Shown here in pieces: positions 48,106 to 58,680 of a stretch of 64,000 bases of DNA. The notes beneath the pieces were generated by a model. That model did not search any database. It worked only from the letters and a program-made list of their open reading frames with translations, and was not told the origin of the DNA. The stretch lies in sequence record DRR378314_235. One strand, given 5' to 3'. Position 1 is the stretch's first letter. Every line of letters begins with the position of its first letter. The translations under genes and the position numbers were made by a program.

Positions 48106-48591
48106 TCAGTGGGCGTGTCCGCCCGGCCCGTGCACGTGGCCGTGGGCTTTTTCGTCCGCGTCCGCGTCACGGACATCGATCACTTCCAGTTCGAAACGCA
48201 GGGGACGCCCGGCGAACGGGTGGTTGGCGTCCACGTCCACGGTTTTCAGGCCCACCTTGAGCACCGTCACCATGCGCGGGCCCTGCTCGGTCTGCACCCG
48301 CACGATCTTGCCGGGTTTCAGTTTGCCGGCGTGCTTGAGGTACTTGGCGGACAGGCGCTGGCGCAGCGACTCGTCGCGGCGGCCGTAGGCCTGCTCCGGG
48401 TCCAGGGAGACGGTGAGGCGGTCGCCGCTGTCCTTGCCTTCCAGGGCCTGCTCCAGGCCGGCGAGAATATTGCCGGCGCCGTGCAGGTAAACCATCGGCG
48501 CGTCGGCGCCGCTTTTTTCCAGGGTCAGGTCGTTGTCGGCGTCGATCAGGGTGTAGTGCAGGGTGACGACCTTGTCTTTTTCAATCGGCAT
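48106..48591 (-). CDS. slyD: FKBP-type peptidyl-prolyl isomerase SlyD
   Basis: VVTLHYTL, YLHG, GLEQAL.G, AYG, DANHP.AG, His-rich tail HGHVHGPGGHAH. Confidence 0.92.
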   Translation of the reverse strand: MPIEKDKVVTLHYTLIDADNDLTLEKSGADAPMVYLHGAGNILAGLEQALEGKDSGDRLTVSLDPEQAYGRRDESLRQRLSAKYLKHAGKLKPGKIVRVQTEQGPRMVTVLKVGLKTVDVDANHPFAGRPLRFELEVIDVRDADADEKAHGHVHGPGGHAH

Positions 48592-48609
48592 GCGGGGGGT
48601 GTCTCCGGA

Positions 48610-49593
48610 TCAGGGGTTCGGGGTGGTGTCCGGCGCCAGGCCGAGGGACGCACTGTCCTCGCCCCGGGCGGCGCGGCGCAGCAGCGGGTAGGATTGGCGG
48701 TACCACAGCCGGCGGCCGCCGGGGCGCCATTTAAAGCGTTTATAGGTCCACTGGTACTGGCACAGGTTGCTTTGAATGCACGTCTCCAGGGCCTGGTTCA
48801 TGGCGCAGAGCAGGGTGTGCGTGTCGGCGGCGGTTTCGATTTCCGGGGCCGGTTTGAAGTGCATTTCCACATCCTTGATGCCGCCCTCGCCCCGGTAACA
48901 GGACACCACGAACACCCGTGGCCGGAAGCGCTGCACCAGCTTGCCGACCAGCGCCGGGGTCGGCACCGGATGGCCGAAGAACGGCGCGTAGGGGTTACTG
49001 CGGTTGCCCGGGTTGTGATCGGCGAGCAGCGCCAGGGTGCCGCCGGCACGCAGCGTCGCCAGGCCGTGCTTGATACCCTGGTTGTTGGTCGGAACAAGGC
49101 GGCAGCCGCTGCGCTCGCGGGCTTGCTTCACCAGTTCGTCCACCAGCGTTGCCGGGTGCGGCTGATACATGATGTTGGTGCCCTGGCGTCCCAGATAGGG
49201 GTTCATGGTTTCCCAGCTGCCCAGATGCAGCGACAGCAGCAACACCGGCCGGTCGCTGGCGCAGGCGTCCAGATATTCCTGTTCACCATGAATGTGGCTG
49301 ATTCGCGCCATGGTTTCGTCGATCGGCCGGCTCCATACATGGGCGAATTCGCAGAAGGAGCGGCCCAGCTCGCGCAGGCTCTGCCGGCCGATGACCCGCG
49401 CCTGGTCGAAGCTGATGCCCGGCTGGGTGGCCAGCAGGTTGATCAGCACCACCCGGTAGGCGCTGGCATAGCGCAGCGGTACCCGGGTGATCAGATCACC
49501 GAGTATCGCCCCCAGGCCGGCGGCCAGCGGCAGCGGCAGCCAGGCGATCAAGCGGATCAGCCACCATAGGCGTCGTCCACGCTGGGTCTTCAT
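48610..49593 (-). CDS. Lipid A biosynthesis acyltransferase (LpxL/HtrB family)
   Basis: HLGSWE, LADH, APFFG, QYQWTYKRFK motifs. Confidence 0.85.
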   Translation of the reverse strand: MKTQRGRRLWWLIRLIAWLPLPLAAGLGAILGDLITRVPLRYASAYRVVLINLLATQPGISFDQARVIGRQSLRELGRSFCEFAHVWSRPIDETMARISHIHGEQEYLDACASDRPVLLLSLHLGSWETMNPYLGRQGTNIMYQPHPATLVDELVKQARERSGCRLVPTNNQGIKHGLATLRAGGTLALLADHNPGNRSNPYAPFFGHPVPTPALVGKLVQRFRPRVFVVSCYRGEGGIKDVEMHFKPAPEIETAADTHTLLCAMNQALETCIQSNLCQYQWTYKRFKWRPGGRRLWYRQSYPLLRRAARGEDSASLGLAPDTTPNP

Positions 49594-49618
49594 GGTCGCG
49601 GCTCCTCCCAATGCACGC

Positions 49619-50611
49619 TCAGAGACTTTCCAGAGTCAGGGTATCGCCATGCCCCGGTACGCGGAAAGCGTCCGCCGCCACGCCGTGGCGCGCCAGGGCG
49701 GCGGCCAGCGCCTTGGGCGGCTCGTCCAGGGGCTCGTCGGTGAGCACGAAGGTGCCCCAGTGCATGGCCAGGGACTGGCGTGCGCGCAGGTCCAGATGGA
49801 TGCGCACCGCCTCGTCCGGATTGATGTGCACCGGCGCCATGAACCAGCGTGGCGCATAGGCGCCGATCGGCAGCAGGGCCGCGTCCACCGGCCCCAGCAC
49901 GTCGCCGATTTCCTCGAACACCGGTGCGTAGCCGGTATCGCCGGCGAACATCAGGCTGAAGTCGGGCCAGTTGAGCCGCCAGCCGCACCACAGGGTACGG
50001 TTGCGGTCACGGGCGCCGCGGCCGCTGAAATGCTGGGACGGAACACAGAAGGCGTCGACCTCCCCTTCCCGGTGGTGCTGCCACCAGCTCAATTCCACCA
50101 CCCGGCCGATGCCGCGCCGGCGCAGCCAGGCGCCCACGCCGGTGGGCGCGAACCACAGCACCTGGTCGCCGAAACGGCGGTTGAGCGCGTCCACGGCGGC
50201 GCGGTCCAGATGATCATAGTGATTGTGGGACACCAGCACGGCGTGGATCGGCGGTAGCTCGTCAATCTCCAGCGCCGGCGCCACGGCGCGTTTGGGGCCG
50301 GCGAACGACAGCGGTGAGCAGCGTTCCGCGAACACCGGGTCGGTGAGCAGGTTCCAGCCCTGGTATTGAATCAGATAGGTGGCGTGGCCGATCCAGGTAA
50401 AGCGCGGTTGCGGCGCCGGCGCCGCCAGCTCCGCCGGGTCCGGCCGGCGCAGTGGAAACGGCAGGCGGCGCGGAAAGCGGCCGCCGGTTTGGCGCTGCCA
50501 GCGCAGGAACTCGCGCAGGCCGTGGTGCGGGGTGGGATAGCGGTTGATAAAGCGCCGCCCGTCGTGGGGCCGCTCCGCCGCCAGCTGTTCCAGGCGTGCC
50601 CAGTCGGTCAT
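49619..50611 (-). CDS. MBL-fold metallo-hydrolase (RomA/NAPE-PLD-like)
   Basis: TWIGHAT, LTDPVF, SHNHYDHLD, QHFSGR, FAGDTGY, PIGAY.P, MHWGTF. Confidence 0.9.
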   Translation of the reverse strand: MTDWARLEQLAAERPHDGRRFINRYPTPHHGLREFLRWQRQTGGRFPRRLPFPLRRPDPAELAAPAPQPRFTWIGHATYLIQYQGWNLLTDPVFAERCSPLSFAGPKRAVAPALEIDELPPIHAVLVSHNHYDHLDRAAVDALNRRFGDQVLWFAPTGVGAWLRRRGIGRVVELSWWQHHREGEVDAFCVPSQHFSGRGARDRNRTLWCGWRLNWPDFSLMFAGDTGYAPVFEEIGDVLGPVDAALLPIGAYAPRWFMAPVHINPDEAVRIHLDLRARQSLAMHWGTFVLTDEPLDEPPKALAAALARHGVAADAFRVPGHGDTLTLESL

Positions 50612-51063
50612 CGCGACAGCCCGGCGACGGCGCCTTCCACCGCGTCCAGATCCGGGATCACCGCCAGGTCGCCGCCCACCTGAACGTACATGGCTTCCGC
50701 CGGGCCGGTGTCGCCGGGCTCTTCCACCGGGTCGCCCTTGTCCACGCGCAGCAGGCGGGGAATCCCCTGCACCACCACGGCGTAAAAGCGGGACACGCCG
50801 GAAACGGTGTTGATCACCGCGATGCGCGCGTCCGGGCCGATGGCCACCTGGCCGGACTCGTTCAGCTTTTCATAGGAGATCAGCGGCAGGTCCTGCTCGC
50901 GCCAGTTAATCCAGCCGAGCAGCCACTCCGGGCCGTGACCGGGCCGGTCCGGCTGGCGCAGCGGAATCACCTCCGCCACCACGATGTTGGGAATCAGCCA
51001 GGGCCGGCCGTTCATCGGGATCAGCAGGCTGGGCAGGGATTCGGGAATTTGCGCCTCGGACAT
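50608..51063 (-). CDS. chpC: CheW-like chemosensory protein ChpC
   Basis: LLIP, IPN.VVAEVI, WLLGWINWR, QGIPRL, IPDLD; last gene of the pil-chp cluster. Confidence 0.88.
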   Translation of the reverse strand: MSEAQIPESLPSLLIPMNGRPWLIPNIVVAEVIPLRQPDRPGHGPEWLLGWINWREQDLPLISYEKLNESGQVAIGPDARIAVINTVSGVSRFYAVVVQGIPRLLRVDKGDPVEEPGDTGPAEAMYVQVGGDLAVIPDLDAVEGAVAGLSR

Positions 51064-51072
51064 GCGACTTCC

Positions 51073-52110
51073 TCAACTTATTCTTGGTTCACCGGAAACA
51101 CGGGCCGTTTCGGCCACTTCCCGGCGCACTCGGTCGACCAGTTGCCGCGCCAGTTGTTCCGGTGTGCCACTGTACCCGACGCAGCCGGTTTCGCGTACCG
51201 AATCCGGCTGACTGCTGACCGCGCAGCTGTCCGCCGACTGCGCCCAGATGGCGGCGCCCTGGGCGGCCAGCCGGGGCGCGGCGATGGCGCCGTCGTTGCC
51301 CATGCCGGAGAACAGAATGGCGCCGTCGCAGTGGCCGAAGCCCTGCGCCAGGCTGCTCATCACCTGGTCGATGCAGGGCGCGTAGGGGCCTTCCCAGGGT
51401 TCGCCGGTGAGCCGCGCCACGCCGTCGGTGTCGAACACCAGGCTTTGCGTGACCGGCGCCACCAGCACCCGGCCGTGGCCGAGCCGGTCACCGTCGCCGG
51501 CCACCTGGCAGTGGAACGGGCTGTCCCGGCGCAGCACCTGGCACAGGGTGTCCAGGAAGCCGCCGTCGATGTGCTGGGCGAGCACGAACGCCACCGGCAG
51601 GTGTTCCGGCAGACAGTCGAGAAACTGTTTTACCGCCGCCGGGCCGCCCAGGCTGGCGCCCAGCACCCACACCCTTTGCGCCGTGGTGTCGCCGGCCAGG
51701 GCGCGGAATTCGCGCGGTTCGGGAATCGGCGCCGCCAGCGGGGTTTGCGGCACCGCGGCCAGGTTTTCCTCCAGCCCCGGTGCGCCGATATAGCCCACCA
51801 GCTTGGTCATCAGACGCCGCTCCCAGCGCGGGTAATGGTCGGCGGTGCGGGCGGGGGCCTGGCCGTCACAGAACAGCAGGGGCGCGGCGGCGTTTTCCAG
51901 CAGGCCGTCGAGAAAGCGCTGCCAGCGGTCCTCCCGGGACAGGTCCACCACCCACAGGTCCAGGGCGTCGGCGGCCAGCCAGCGGTCTTCCAGATGTTCC
52001 GGGTCGGTGTTGACCACCACCCGGTAGCCCTGGCCCTTGATGGCGCCCGCCAGCAGATGCCCCTGCAGGGTATCGTCGGCGATCACGCCGACCCGGCCCG
52101 GGGCGGCCAT
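51073..52110 (-). CDS. chpB: CheB-like methylesterase ChpB
   Basis: GASLGGP, AQHID, FSGMGNDG triad. Confidence 0.9.
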   Translation of the reverse strand: MAAPGRVGVIADDTLQGHLLAGAIKGQGYRVVVNTDPEHLEDRWLAADALDLWVVDLSREDRWQRFLDGLLENAAAPLLFCDGQAPARTADHYPRWERRLMTKLVGYIGAPGLEENLAAVPQTPLAAPIPEPREFRALAGDTTAQRVWVLGASLGGPAAVKQFLDCLPEHLPVAFVLAQHIDGGFLDTLCQVLRRDSPFHCQVAGDGDRLGHGRVLVAPVTQSLVFDTDGVARLTGEPWEGPYAPCIDQVMSSLAQGFGHCDGAILFSGMGNDGAIAAPRLAAQGAAIWAQSADSCAVSSQPDSVRETGCVGYSGTPEQLARQLVDRVRREVAETARVSGEPRIS

Positions 52111-55100
52111 CAGTGGCTGGTCTCCCGGGTCTCGCCGAGCAGCTCACGCAGGGTGACCAGCAGCTCGCTCTCCTGGAACGGTTTGCCCAGATAGCAGTTC
52201 ACGCCGATGTCGAAGGCCCGCTCCCGGTGTTTCTCCCCGGTGCGCGAGGTGATCATGATGATCGGCACGTCCTTGAGGCGTTCGTCGTGGCGCACGTGGG
52301 TGGCCACTTCGAAGCCGTCCATGCGCGGCATCTCGATGTCCAGCAGCATGGCGGCGGGGGTGTGCTCTTCCAGGGTGGCGATGGCGTCGATACCGTCCTT
52401 GGCGGTGATCACCTCGAAGCCGCTGCGTTCCAGCAGGCGGCCGGTCACCTTGCGCACCGTCACCGAATCGTCCACCACCATCACCAGCGGTGCCACGCGG
52501 CGCTCGTGCTCGTAATCCGGCGTTTCCGGCTCGGCGGGCAGCGCTTCCTGAGCCTGCGGCAGGGCCGCCTGCTGGGCCTGGGCGGCGCGGATCAGCGAGT
52601 GGATATCGAGAATGATCACCACCGCGCCGTCGCCGAGGATGGTGGCGCCGCTGATGCCGGCCACGCTGGCCAGCTGCGGCCCCACGGACTTGACCACCAC
52701 TTCCCGCGAACCGATCAGGTTGTCCACCACCAGCGCCACGGTGTGATCCGCACTGCGGATCAGCAGCACCGGCATCGGCTGGCTGTGGCTGTCCAGGTGC
52801 GGCTGGGCCACGTCGTGCACGAACCGGCCCAGATAGTGCAGGTCGTACTCCTGGCCGGCGTAGCGGTAGGCCGGCAGGCCGCCTTCCTGGCGGGCCTGGA
52901 AATAGTCGCTCAGCTCGTAGGGGCTGACCCGCACGATGCCTTCGATCTGGTTCAGCGGGATGGCGTAGGCGTCCTCGCCGACGCGCACCATCAGCGCCCG
53001 GTTCATGGCCAGGGTGAACGGCAGACGCACCACGAAGCGGGTGCCCTGCCCGGGCCGCGAGTCGATGGTCACCGAGCCGCCCAGTTGTTTGATCTCGCTG
53101 GCCACCACGTCCATGCCCACGCCCCGGCCGGACAGCTGGGTCACCTGGCTGGCGGTGGAGAAGCCGGCGTGGAAGATGAACTGCTGCACTTCGTGGTCGG
53201 GCAGCGGGGTGTTCTCCGCCATCAGCCCGCGCTCGATGGCCTTGCGGCGTACCGCGTCGGTATCGATGCCCTTGCCGTCGTCGGCCAGGGTGATCACCAC
53301 TTCGCCGCCTTCGCGGGAGAGCTCCAGGCTGACGTGGCCGCTCTCCTCCTTGCCGGCGCCACGGCGCTGCTCCGGGTCCTCGATGCCGTGGTCCACGGCG
53401 TTGCGCAGCATATGCTCCAGCGGCGCCACCACGCGCTCCATCAGGGTGCGGTCCAGCTCCCCTTCCGGGTTGATCACGTCGAAGGCGACGCGCTTGCCCA
53501 CTTCGCCGGACACCTGCCGCACGATGCGCCGCAGGCGCGGCACCAGGCGGGAGAACGGCACCATGCGCGTGCGCATGAGCTTTTCCTGCAGGTCGGTGTT
53601 AATGCGCTGCTGCTGCAGCAGCAGGGTTTCCGTGTCGCGGGTGCGATCCAGCAGGGTGTTCTTCAGGTCCAGCAGGTCCGAGGCGGACTCGGAAAGCTGT
53701 TTGGTGATCTGGTGCAGCTCCGAATACTGGTCCATTTCCAGCGGGTCGAAACGGCCGTCGATTTCGCCGCTGTCCACGCCCTTCTGGTAGGTGGACATGA
53801 TCTGTGCTTCGGTCTCGGCGTCGAGCCGGCGCAGCTGCTCGTAGAGGCGCACCACGGTGGCGCCCATCTCGCCGATGTTGAAGCCGAACTCGCTGATGCT
53901 CTGTTCCACCCGGCCGCGGTTGATGGAGGTCTCGCCGGCCAGGTTGACCAGCGCTTCCAGCACGTCGGCGCCCACCCGCACCATTTCCTGGGGCTGTGAC
54001 TGGGGGCGCCGCTCCTCGCGTTTAACGCCGGGTTGCGCGCTGGCTTCCGGGCGGGTCTCGCGGGTCGCCGGCGGCTGCGCCGGCAGCGGCTGGGCGGCCG
54101 CCGCGCGGCGCAGTTCCACCAGGCGCTCGTTGAGGGCGTCGAATTCCGCCGTCATCGCCTGGAAATCGTTTTCGTCCGGGTCGCGCCGCTGGCTTTCCAG
54201 GTTGTGCATCAGCGTTTCGAACCGGTGGCTCATCTCCCCCAGCTCATTAAGACCGGACAGCCGCGCCCCGCCCTTCAGGGTGTGCAGGGCCCGTTTCAGG
54301 TCGTCACTGAAATCCCGGCTTTCCGGGTGATCGCGCCAGGACACCAGGCAGCCGTCGATGATTTCGCAGAGCTCCTCGGCCTCTTCCAGGAAGACGTCGA
54401 GAATCTCCAGGTCCACTTCATCGGGCAGCGGCGTGTCGGGCTCGGCGTCGGCCCCGGCCGGTTGGGACGGCGCCGGTTCGGCGGAGGCGGCGGGCAGCGT
54501 GAAAGCGCCCGGGTCGCGCAGATAATCGTGCAGCGCGGTGATCAGGTCGTCGCCGCCGGTCAGCGGTTGCCCGGCGCCGAGCTGGTCGACCATCTCGGCC
54601 AGCCGGTCGTGGCAACGGTGCAGCAGGTCGAACAGCACGGGCTGCACCGGCAGGCGGTCCAGGGCCAGAGCTTCGTAAAGGGTTTCCAGTTCATGGCCCA
54701 GGTCGCCGAGGGGCTGGACCTCGGCCATGCGGGCGCCGCCTTTGAGGGTATGCAGATCGCGCTGCAGGGACTGGATTTCCAGGCTGTTGCCGGTGTCGGT
54801 GATCCAGGTGTCCAGGCTGCGGCCGGCGGACTCGAGAATGTCGTGGGCTTCCTCCAGGAAGATCGCCACCAGTTCCGGGTCCCCCTGGGTGCCGTCGGCG
54901 GGCGCCGGGGCGTCGGGCGCGGCGGCCGGGTCCGGGGCCTGGCGCAACATCGCCTGGCGCAGCGCTTCGATCACCGCCGGGGCGGGCTCCGGCTTACCGC
55001 CGCTGCGCAGCGTGTCGATCATGTCCGCCAGCCGGTCGTGGCCACGGTGCAGCACGTCGAACAGTGAGGGCGCGGGCGCCGGCTGGTTGGGGGCGCCGGC

Positions 55101-58100
55101 CATTTCGTAAAGGTTTTCCAGCTCGTGGGCGAGATCGCCGACGGCGGTGACGCCGGCCATGCGGGCGCCGCCCTTGAGGGTGTGCAGGTCCCGTTGCAGG
55201 GCGGCCAGGCTGTCGGCTTCGCCGTGCTCCCAGGCGGTCAGGTGTTCGCTGGACGAGAGCAGCAGGTCTTCCGCTTCTTCCAGGAACAGCAGCACCAGCT
55301 CCGGGTCCAGGGGCGCGTCGTCGCCGCCGCCGGCGCGGTCCGCGGGGGCCGGCATGCCGCCGCCGGGGCCGTCCGGGCCGGGGGTTTCAGCCAGGTCGCG
55401 CAGGCTGTCCACCAGACCCAGTTCCGGGCGCACGGTCTGGCCGGCGGCCAGACAGTCCATCATGTTCATCAGGGCTTCGTGGCCCTCGCGCGCCAGTTCC
55501 AGCAAGGCTTCGCTGAACGGCAGGCGGCCCTGGTTGACGCCGGAATAGACGCTGGCCAGCGCCTTGGCCAGGCCGTGGATTTCATCCAGGTTGGCGGTGC
55601 GGGCGCTGTTGGCGAGCAGCTCCAGTTCGTCGCGCAGGCGCGCCAGCTCCTCGGTGTGGCCCGGCTCTTCGGCCCACTGTTCCAGCAGGTTGTCGGTGTC
55701 GATGATCAGGTCCATGCCTTCGGACAGGAACACCGAAAGAATATGCGGGTCGGCGCCGTCGCGGTGCTCGTTGAGCGCTTCGCGGGCCTGCATCAGGCGT
55801 TCGATCAGGGTGGCGGCGTCGCCGGGCAATTCCGTCAGGGCGCCGTCGTGCAGCCGGGCCAGGCCGGCGTCCAGCAGCCGGTGGGTCTGGTCGATCATTT
55901 CCACGGTGTCGGCGTCGGCACGGCGCCCGCCGTTGACCAGCTCCTTGACCAGCTTCTCCGCCGGTTCCGCCAGCTCCGCCATGGCGTTGATCTCGGCCAT
56001 GCGGGCGCTGCCCTTCAGGGTGTGCAGGGCGCGGTGCACCTGGTCGTCCAGGGGGTGCTCGGCGAAGTCCGGGTCGATCTGGTCCAGCCACTCGCGCACC
56101 AGTCTGAGGTTGCGCGCCGCCTCGCTGCGGAAGATATCCAGCAGCACCGGGTCGACCGCGTCGCCGGCGGCTTCGGTCTCCTCGGGGATCTGGAAATCCA
56201 GGGCATCCAGGTCCGCCAGCGGGTCGTCGTCCAGGGGCGGCGTCGCGTCGGGGGCTTGTTCGGACTCCGGCCCGGTGTCGGTTTGCGGCTCCCGGGGCGC
56301 GTCCGGGCGGTCAATGCTCGGCACCGCGTCCAGGTGCTGGCCGTCGGCGAGCGCGAACGCGGCTTCCTGCAGCGGCGTCACGTCGTAGGGCATCGGCCGG
56401 CGGTGGGCGAAGGCGTCCACCAGATCCGGGATCAGGCCGTGCACGGTGCGCACCAGCTCGATCAGGGTGGCGTCGGGCTCGATGGCGCCGTCGATCACCC
56501 GGTTCATCATGTTCTCGATCGACCAGGCCAGCTCCCCGACGGTGGTGGCGCCCACCATGCGGCCGGAGCCTTTGAGGGTGTGGAAGGCGCGGCGGAATTC
56601 CACCAGCGCGGTTTCGTCGCCGGTGTTGGCCGCCCAGCGCGGGAAATACTGATCCAGGGCCTCGAGCACTTCTTCGGCTTCCTCGACGAAGATCTCGATG
56701 ATTTCGTCGTCGATCAGCTCTTCGTCGTGTTCCTCGATGCCGCCCTGGTCGGCAGGCTCCGGCGCCGCCGCTTCGTCGGGCGACGCTTCGAGCGCGTCAT
56801 CGTCCTGGGGGGCGTCCTCGGTGAGCAGCACCGGCGGTTCGTCCAGTGGCGCATTCAGCGGCTCATCAAGCGGCTCATCAAGCGGTTCATCCAGCGAATC
56901 GGCCGGCGCGTCCTCGACGTCGTCCGGCTGATCGGCGTAATCCGGCTCTTCGGTTTCCGCCTCGTCGACGGGCTCCGGCAACGGGTAGCCCAGGTCGCTG
57001 ACGCTGGCCCGCGCCAGGCCGAGGATGTCATCGCGGGTTTCCGGGTCGTCGCTGAGACGCTCCAGGTAGTACTCCACCGAGGTGATGGCGTCGGCCAGGG
57101 TGTCCATGCTGCGCCAGTCCGGCTTGGACTGCTCCGCCATCAGCTGCTCTTGGATAAAGCGCACGCACTGGCGAAGAATGTCCGCCGGGCGGTCGAGCTG
57201 AACCACCTCCAGCCCGCCGCGCACCGCGTTGAGACGGTCGGGTACCGTTTTCAGGTGCTGGTGGTCCCAGTGCGAGGCGATGAATTCGATGATGCCGTCC
57301 TTGGCCTCTTCCAGGCCGGCGCGGCATTCGCGCAGCACCGCGTCTAGGGCCTGGCCCACATGGCGGGGCAGGTCTGCGCCGGTGGCCGGGGCCGGCCGGC
57401 GGTTGTCGCCGCCGATGCCGGCCAGGGTCGCTTCCACGTAGAGCAGCGCGCCGGCCACGTCCATCAGGGTGTCGCGGTGCGGGGGCCGGCGGCCGTCGAC
57501 GATCGCCTCCATCACCTTGAGCTGCTCTTCCACCAGGGTGCGCGGCTGGCCGAGGCCGAGCATGGCCACGGTGTCGGACACCTGTTTCAGGCGGATCGCC
57601 TCCGGCGCCAGCGTGGCCGGGTCGGAATCGCCCTGGTGGACGAACTGCTCCAGGGCGTCCTTGATCTTGGTGAGCTCCTCGGACAGCGCCGTGACCACCG
57701 AGCTCATGGCCATGGAGTCCGGGCCGGTGAGGCGCTCGCGTTCGGCGTTGACCAGGTCTTCCGACGGCAGCGCGTCGTCGAGCCGGAAGCCGGCGCGCAC
57801 TTCGCGGATGCGCGGGCTGTCGTGGTCGGCCTTGGCGACGTAATACAGCAGGTTCTTGAGTAGTTCCGTGGGCGCCGGGCGTTCCAGGCTGTCGACGCCG
57901 TCGGCGGCCAGCTCGCGCAGGGTGCGGTCGATCTGGCCGAGCATCTGTTTCACCGAGGTGCCCAGCGCGATGGCGTCCTCCTGCAGGCCCTCCACCAGGG
58001 CGTCGGCGATCCGCCACAGCGGCCCGCGGGCGGCCTCCCCGGTGACCTGCTCAAGCTTGGCGAACACCTTGCGCATATAGGCCAGGTTGCGGTCCATGTC

Positions 58101-58652
58101 CTCGTTGCGCATCACCCCCACCAGGGCGAGCTGGAACATCTGCCGTATCTTGCGGGCCAGTTGCGCGAAGCGCGGGTCGTTGAGCACCGCGTCGGAGAGG
58201 CGGCCGTCGCCCTGGGCGTGCTGCAAGTCGGGTTTGAACAGCGCGGTCTCGGACAGCAGGGCCTCGCCGCGGGCGGCGCGCAGGTCGTTGAGCAGCGGCA
58301 GCAGCACCAGCGGCAGGTCGCGCCGGCTGCTGGCTACCCGGTCCAGGTAGGGTGGCAACTGCAGGATCGCCCGCATCAGGGTTTCCTGGCTGTCGGCCAC
58401 GTTGCCGACGCGCTGGTCCACCAGTGCCCGGGCCAGCTTTTCCATTTCCTCGGCGAGCAGGGCGGCGCCGTAGAATTCCACCATCTGCAGGGTACCGCAC
58501 ACCTGGTGCAGGTGGGTCTGGCAAAAGCGCATGCGCGTGGAATCGTTGGGATTGTCCACGAACGCTTCCAGGGCCTGCTGGGCTTGATTCAGTGTCTCCT
58601 GAATTTCCCCCCGGACCCAGTCCAGCGCCAGATAGTCGTGACGGTCGCTCAT
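52110..58652 (-). CDS. chpA: Multi-Hpt CheA-like kinase ChpA
   Basis: Five HTLKG Hpt motifs plus N-terminal HQV.G; HMLRNAVDHG, SGRGVGMDVV, CheW and C-terminal receiver domains. Confidence 0.96.
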   Translation of the reverse strand: MSDRHDYLALDWVRGEIQETLNQAQQALEAFVDNPNDSTRMRFCQTHLHQVCGTLQMVEFYGAALLAEEMEKLARALVDQRVGNVADSQETLMRAILQLPPYLDRVASSRRDLPLVLLPLLNDLRAARGEALLSETALFKPDLQHAQGDGRLSDAVLNDPRFAQLARKIRQMFQLALVGVMRNEDMDRNLAYMRKVFAKLEQVTGEAARGPLWRIADALVEGLQEDAIALGTSVKQMLGQIDRTLRELAADGVDSLERPAPTELLKNLLYYVAKADHDSPRIREVRAGFRLDDALPSEDLVNAERERLTGPDSMAMSSVVTALSEELTKIKDALEQFVHQGDSDPATLAPEAIRLKQVSDTVAMLGLGQPRTLVEEQLKVMEAIVDGRRPPHRDTLMDVAGALLYVEATLAGIGGDNRRPAPATGADLPRHVGQALDAVLRECRAGLEEAKDGIIEFIASHWDHQHLKTVPDRLNAVRGGLEVVQLDRPADILRQCVRFIQEQLMAEQSKPDWRSMDTLADAITSVEYYLERLSDDPETRDDILGLARASVSDLGYPLPEPVDEAETEEPDYADQPDDVEDAPADSLDEPLDEPLDEPLNAPLDEPPVLLTEDAPQDDDALEASPDEAAAPEPADQGGIEEHDEELIDDEIIEIFVEEAEEVLEALDQYFPRWAANTGDETALVEFRRAFHTLKGSGRMVGATTVGELAWSIENMMNRVIDGAIEPDATLIELVRTVHGLIPDLVDAFAHRRPMPYDVTPLQEAAFALADGQHLDAVPSIDRPDAPREPQTDTGPESEQAPDATPPLDDDPLADLDALDFQIPEETEAAGDAVDPVLLDIFRSEAARNLRLVREWLDQIDPDFAEHPLDDQVHRALHTLKGSARMAEINAMAELAEPAEKLVKELVNGGRRADADTVEMIDQTHRLLDAGLARLHDGALTELPGDAATLIERLMQAREALNEHRDGADPHILSVFLSEGMDLIIDTDNLLEQWAEEPGHTEELARLRDELELLANSARTANLDEIHGLAKALASVYSGVNQGRLPFSEALLELAREGHEALMNMMDCLAAGQTVRPELGLVDSLRDLAETPGPDGPGGGMPAPADRAGGGDDAPLDPELVLLFLEEAEDLLLSSSEHLTAWEHGEADSLAALQRDLHTLKGGARMAGVTAVGDLAHELENLYEMAGAPNQPAPAPSLFDVLHRGHDRLADMIDTLRSGGKPEPAPAVIEALRQAMLRQAPDPAAAPDAPAPADGTQGDPELVAIFLEEAHDILESAGRSLDTWITDTGNSLEIQSLQRDLHTLKGGARMAEVQPLGDLGHELETLYEALALDRLPVQPVLFDLLHRCHDRLAEMVDQLGAGQPLTGGDDLITALHDYLRDPGAFTLPAASAEPAPSQPAGADAEPDTPLPDEVDLEILDVFLEEAEELCEIIDGCLVSWRDHPESRDFSDDLKRALHTLKGGARLSGLNELGEMSHRFETLMHNLESQRRDPDENDFQAMTAEFDALNERLVELRRAAAAQPLPAQPPATRETRPEASAQPGVKREERRPQSQPQEMVRVGADVLEALVNLAGETSINRGRVEQSISEFGFNIGEMGATVVRLYEQLRRLDAETEAQIMSTYQKGVDSGEIDGRFDPLEMDQYSELHQITKQLSESASDLLDLKNTLLDRTRDTETLLLQQQRINTDLQEKLMRTRMVPFSRLVPRLRRIVRQVSGEVGKRVAFDVINPEGELDRTLMERVVAPLEHMLRNAVDHGIEDPEQRRGAGKEESGHVSLELSREGGEVVITLADDGKGIDTDAVRRKAIERGLMAENTPLPDHEVQQFIFHAGFSTASQVTQLSGRGVGMDVVASEIKQLGGSVTIDSRPGQGTRFVVRLPFTLAMNRALMVRVGEDAYAIPLNQIEGIVRVSPYELSDYFQARQEGGLPAYRYAGQEYDLHYLGRFVHDVAQPHLDSHSQPMPVLLIRSADHTVALVVDNLIGSREVVVKSVGPQLASVAGISGATILGDGAVVIILDIHSLIRAAQAQQAALPQAQEALPAEPETPDYEHERRVAPLVMVVDDSVTVRKVTGRLLERSGFEVITAKDGIDAIATLEEHTPAAMLLDIEMPRMDGFEVATHVRHDERLKDVPIIMITSRTGEKHRERAFDIGVNCYLGKPFQESELLVTLRELLGETRETSH
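56835..56894 (-). repeat. Five 12-bp tandem units in the chpA linker (LDEP repeats)
   Basis: CGGCTCATCAAG twice exactly plus three variants, encoding LDEPLDEPLDEPLNAPLDEP. Confidence 0.85.
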
Positions 58653-58680
58653 GCCCTTTCCCCCATGGAACTCAGGCCTC

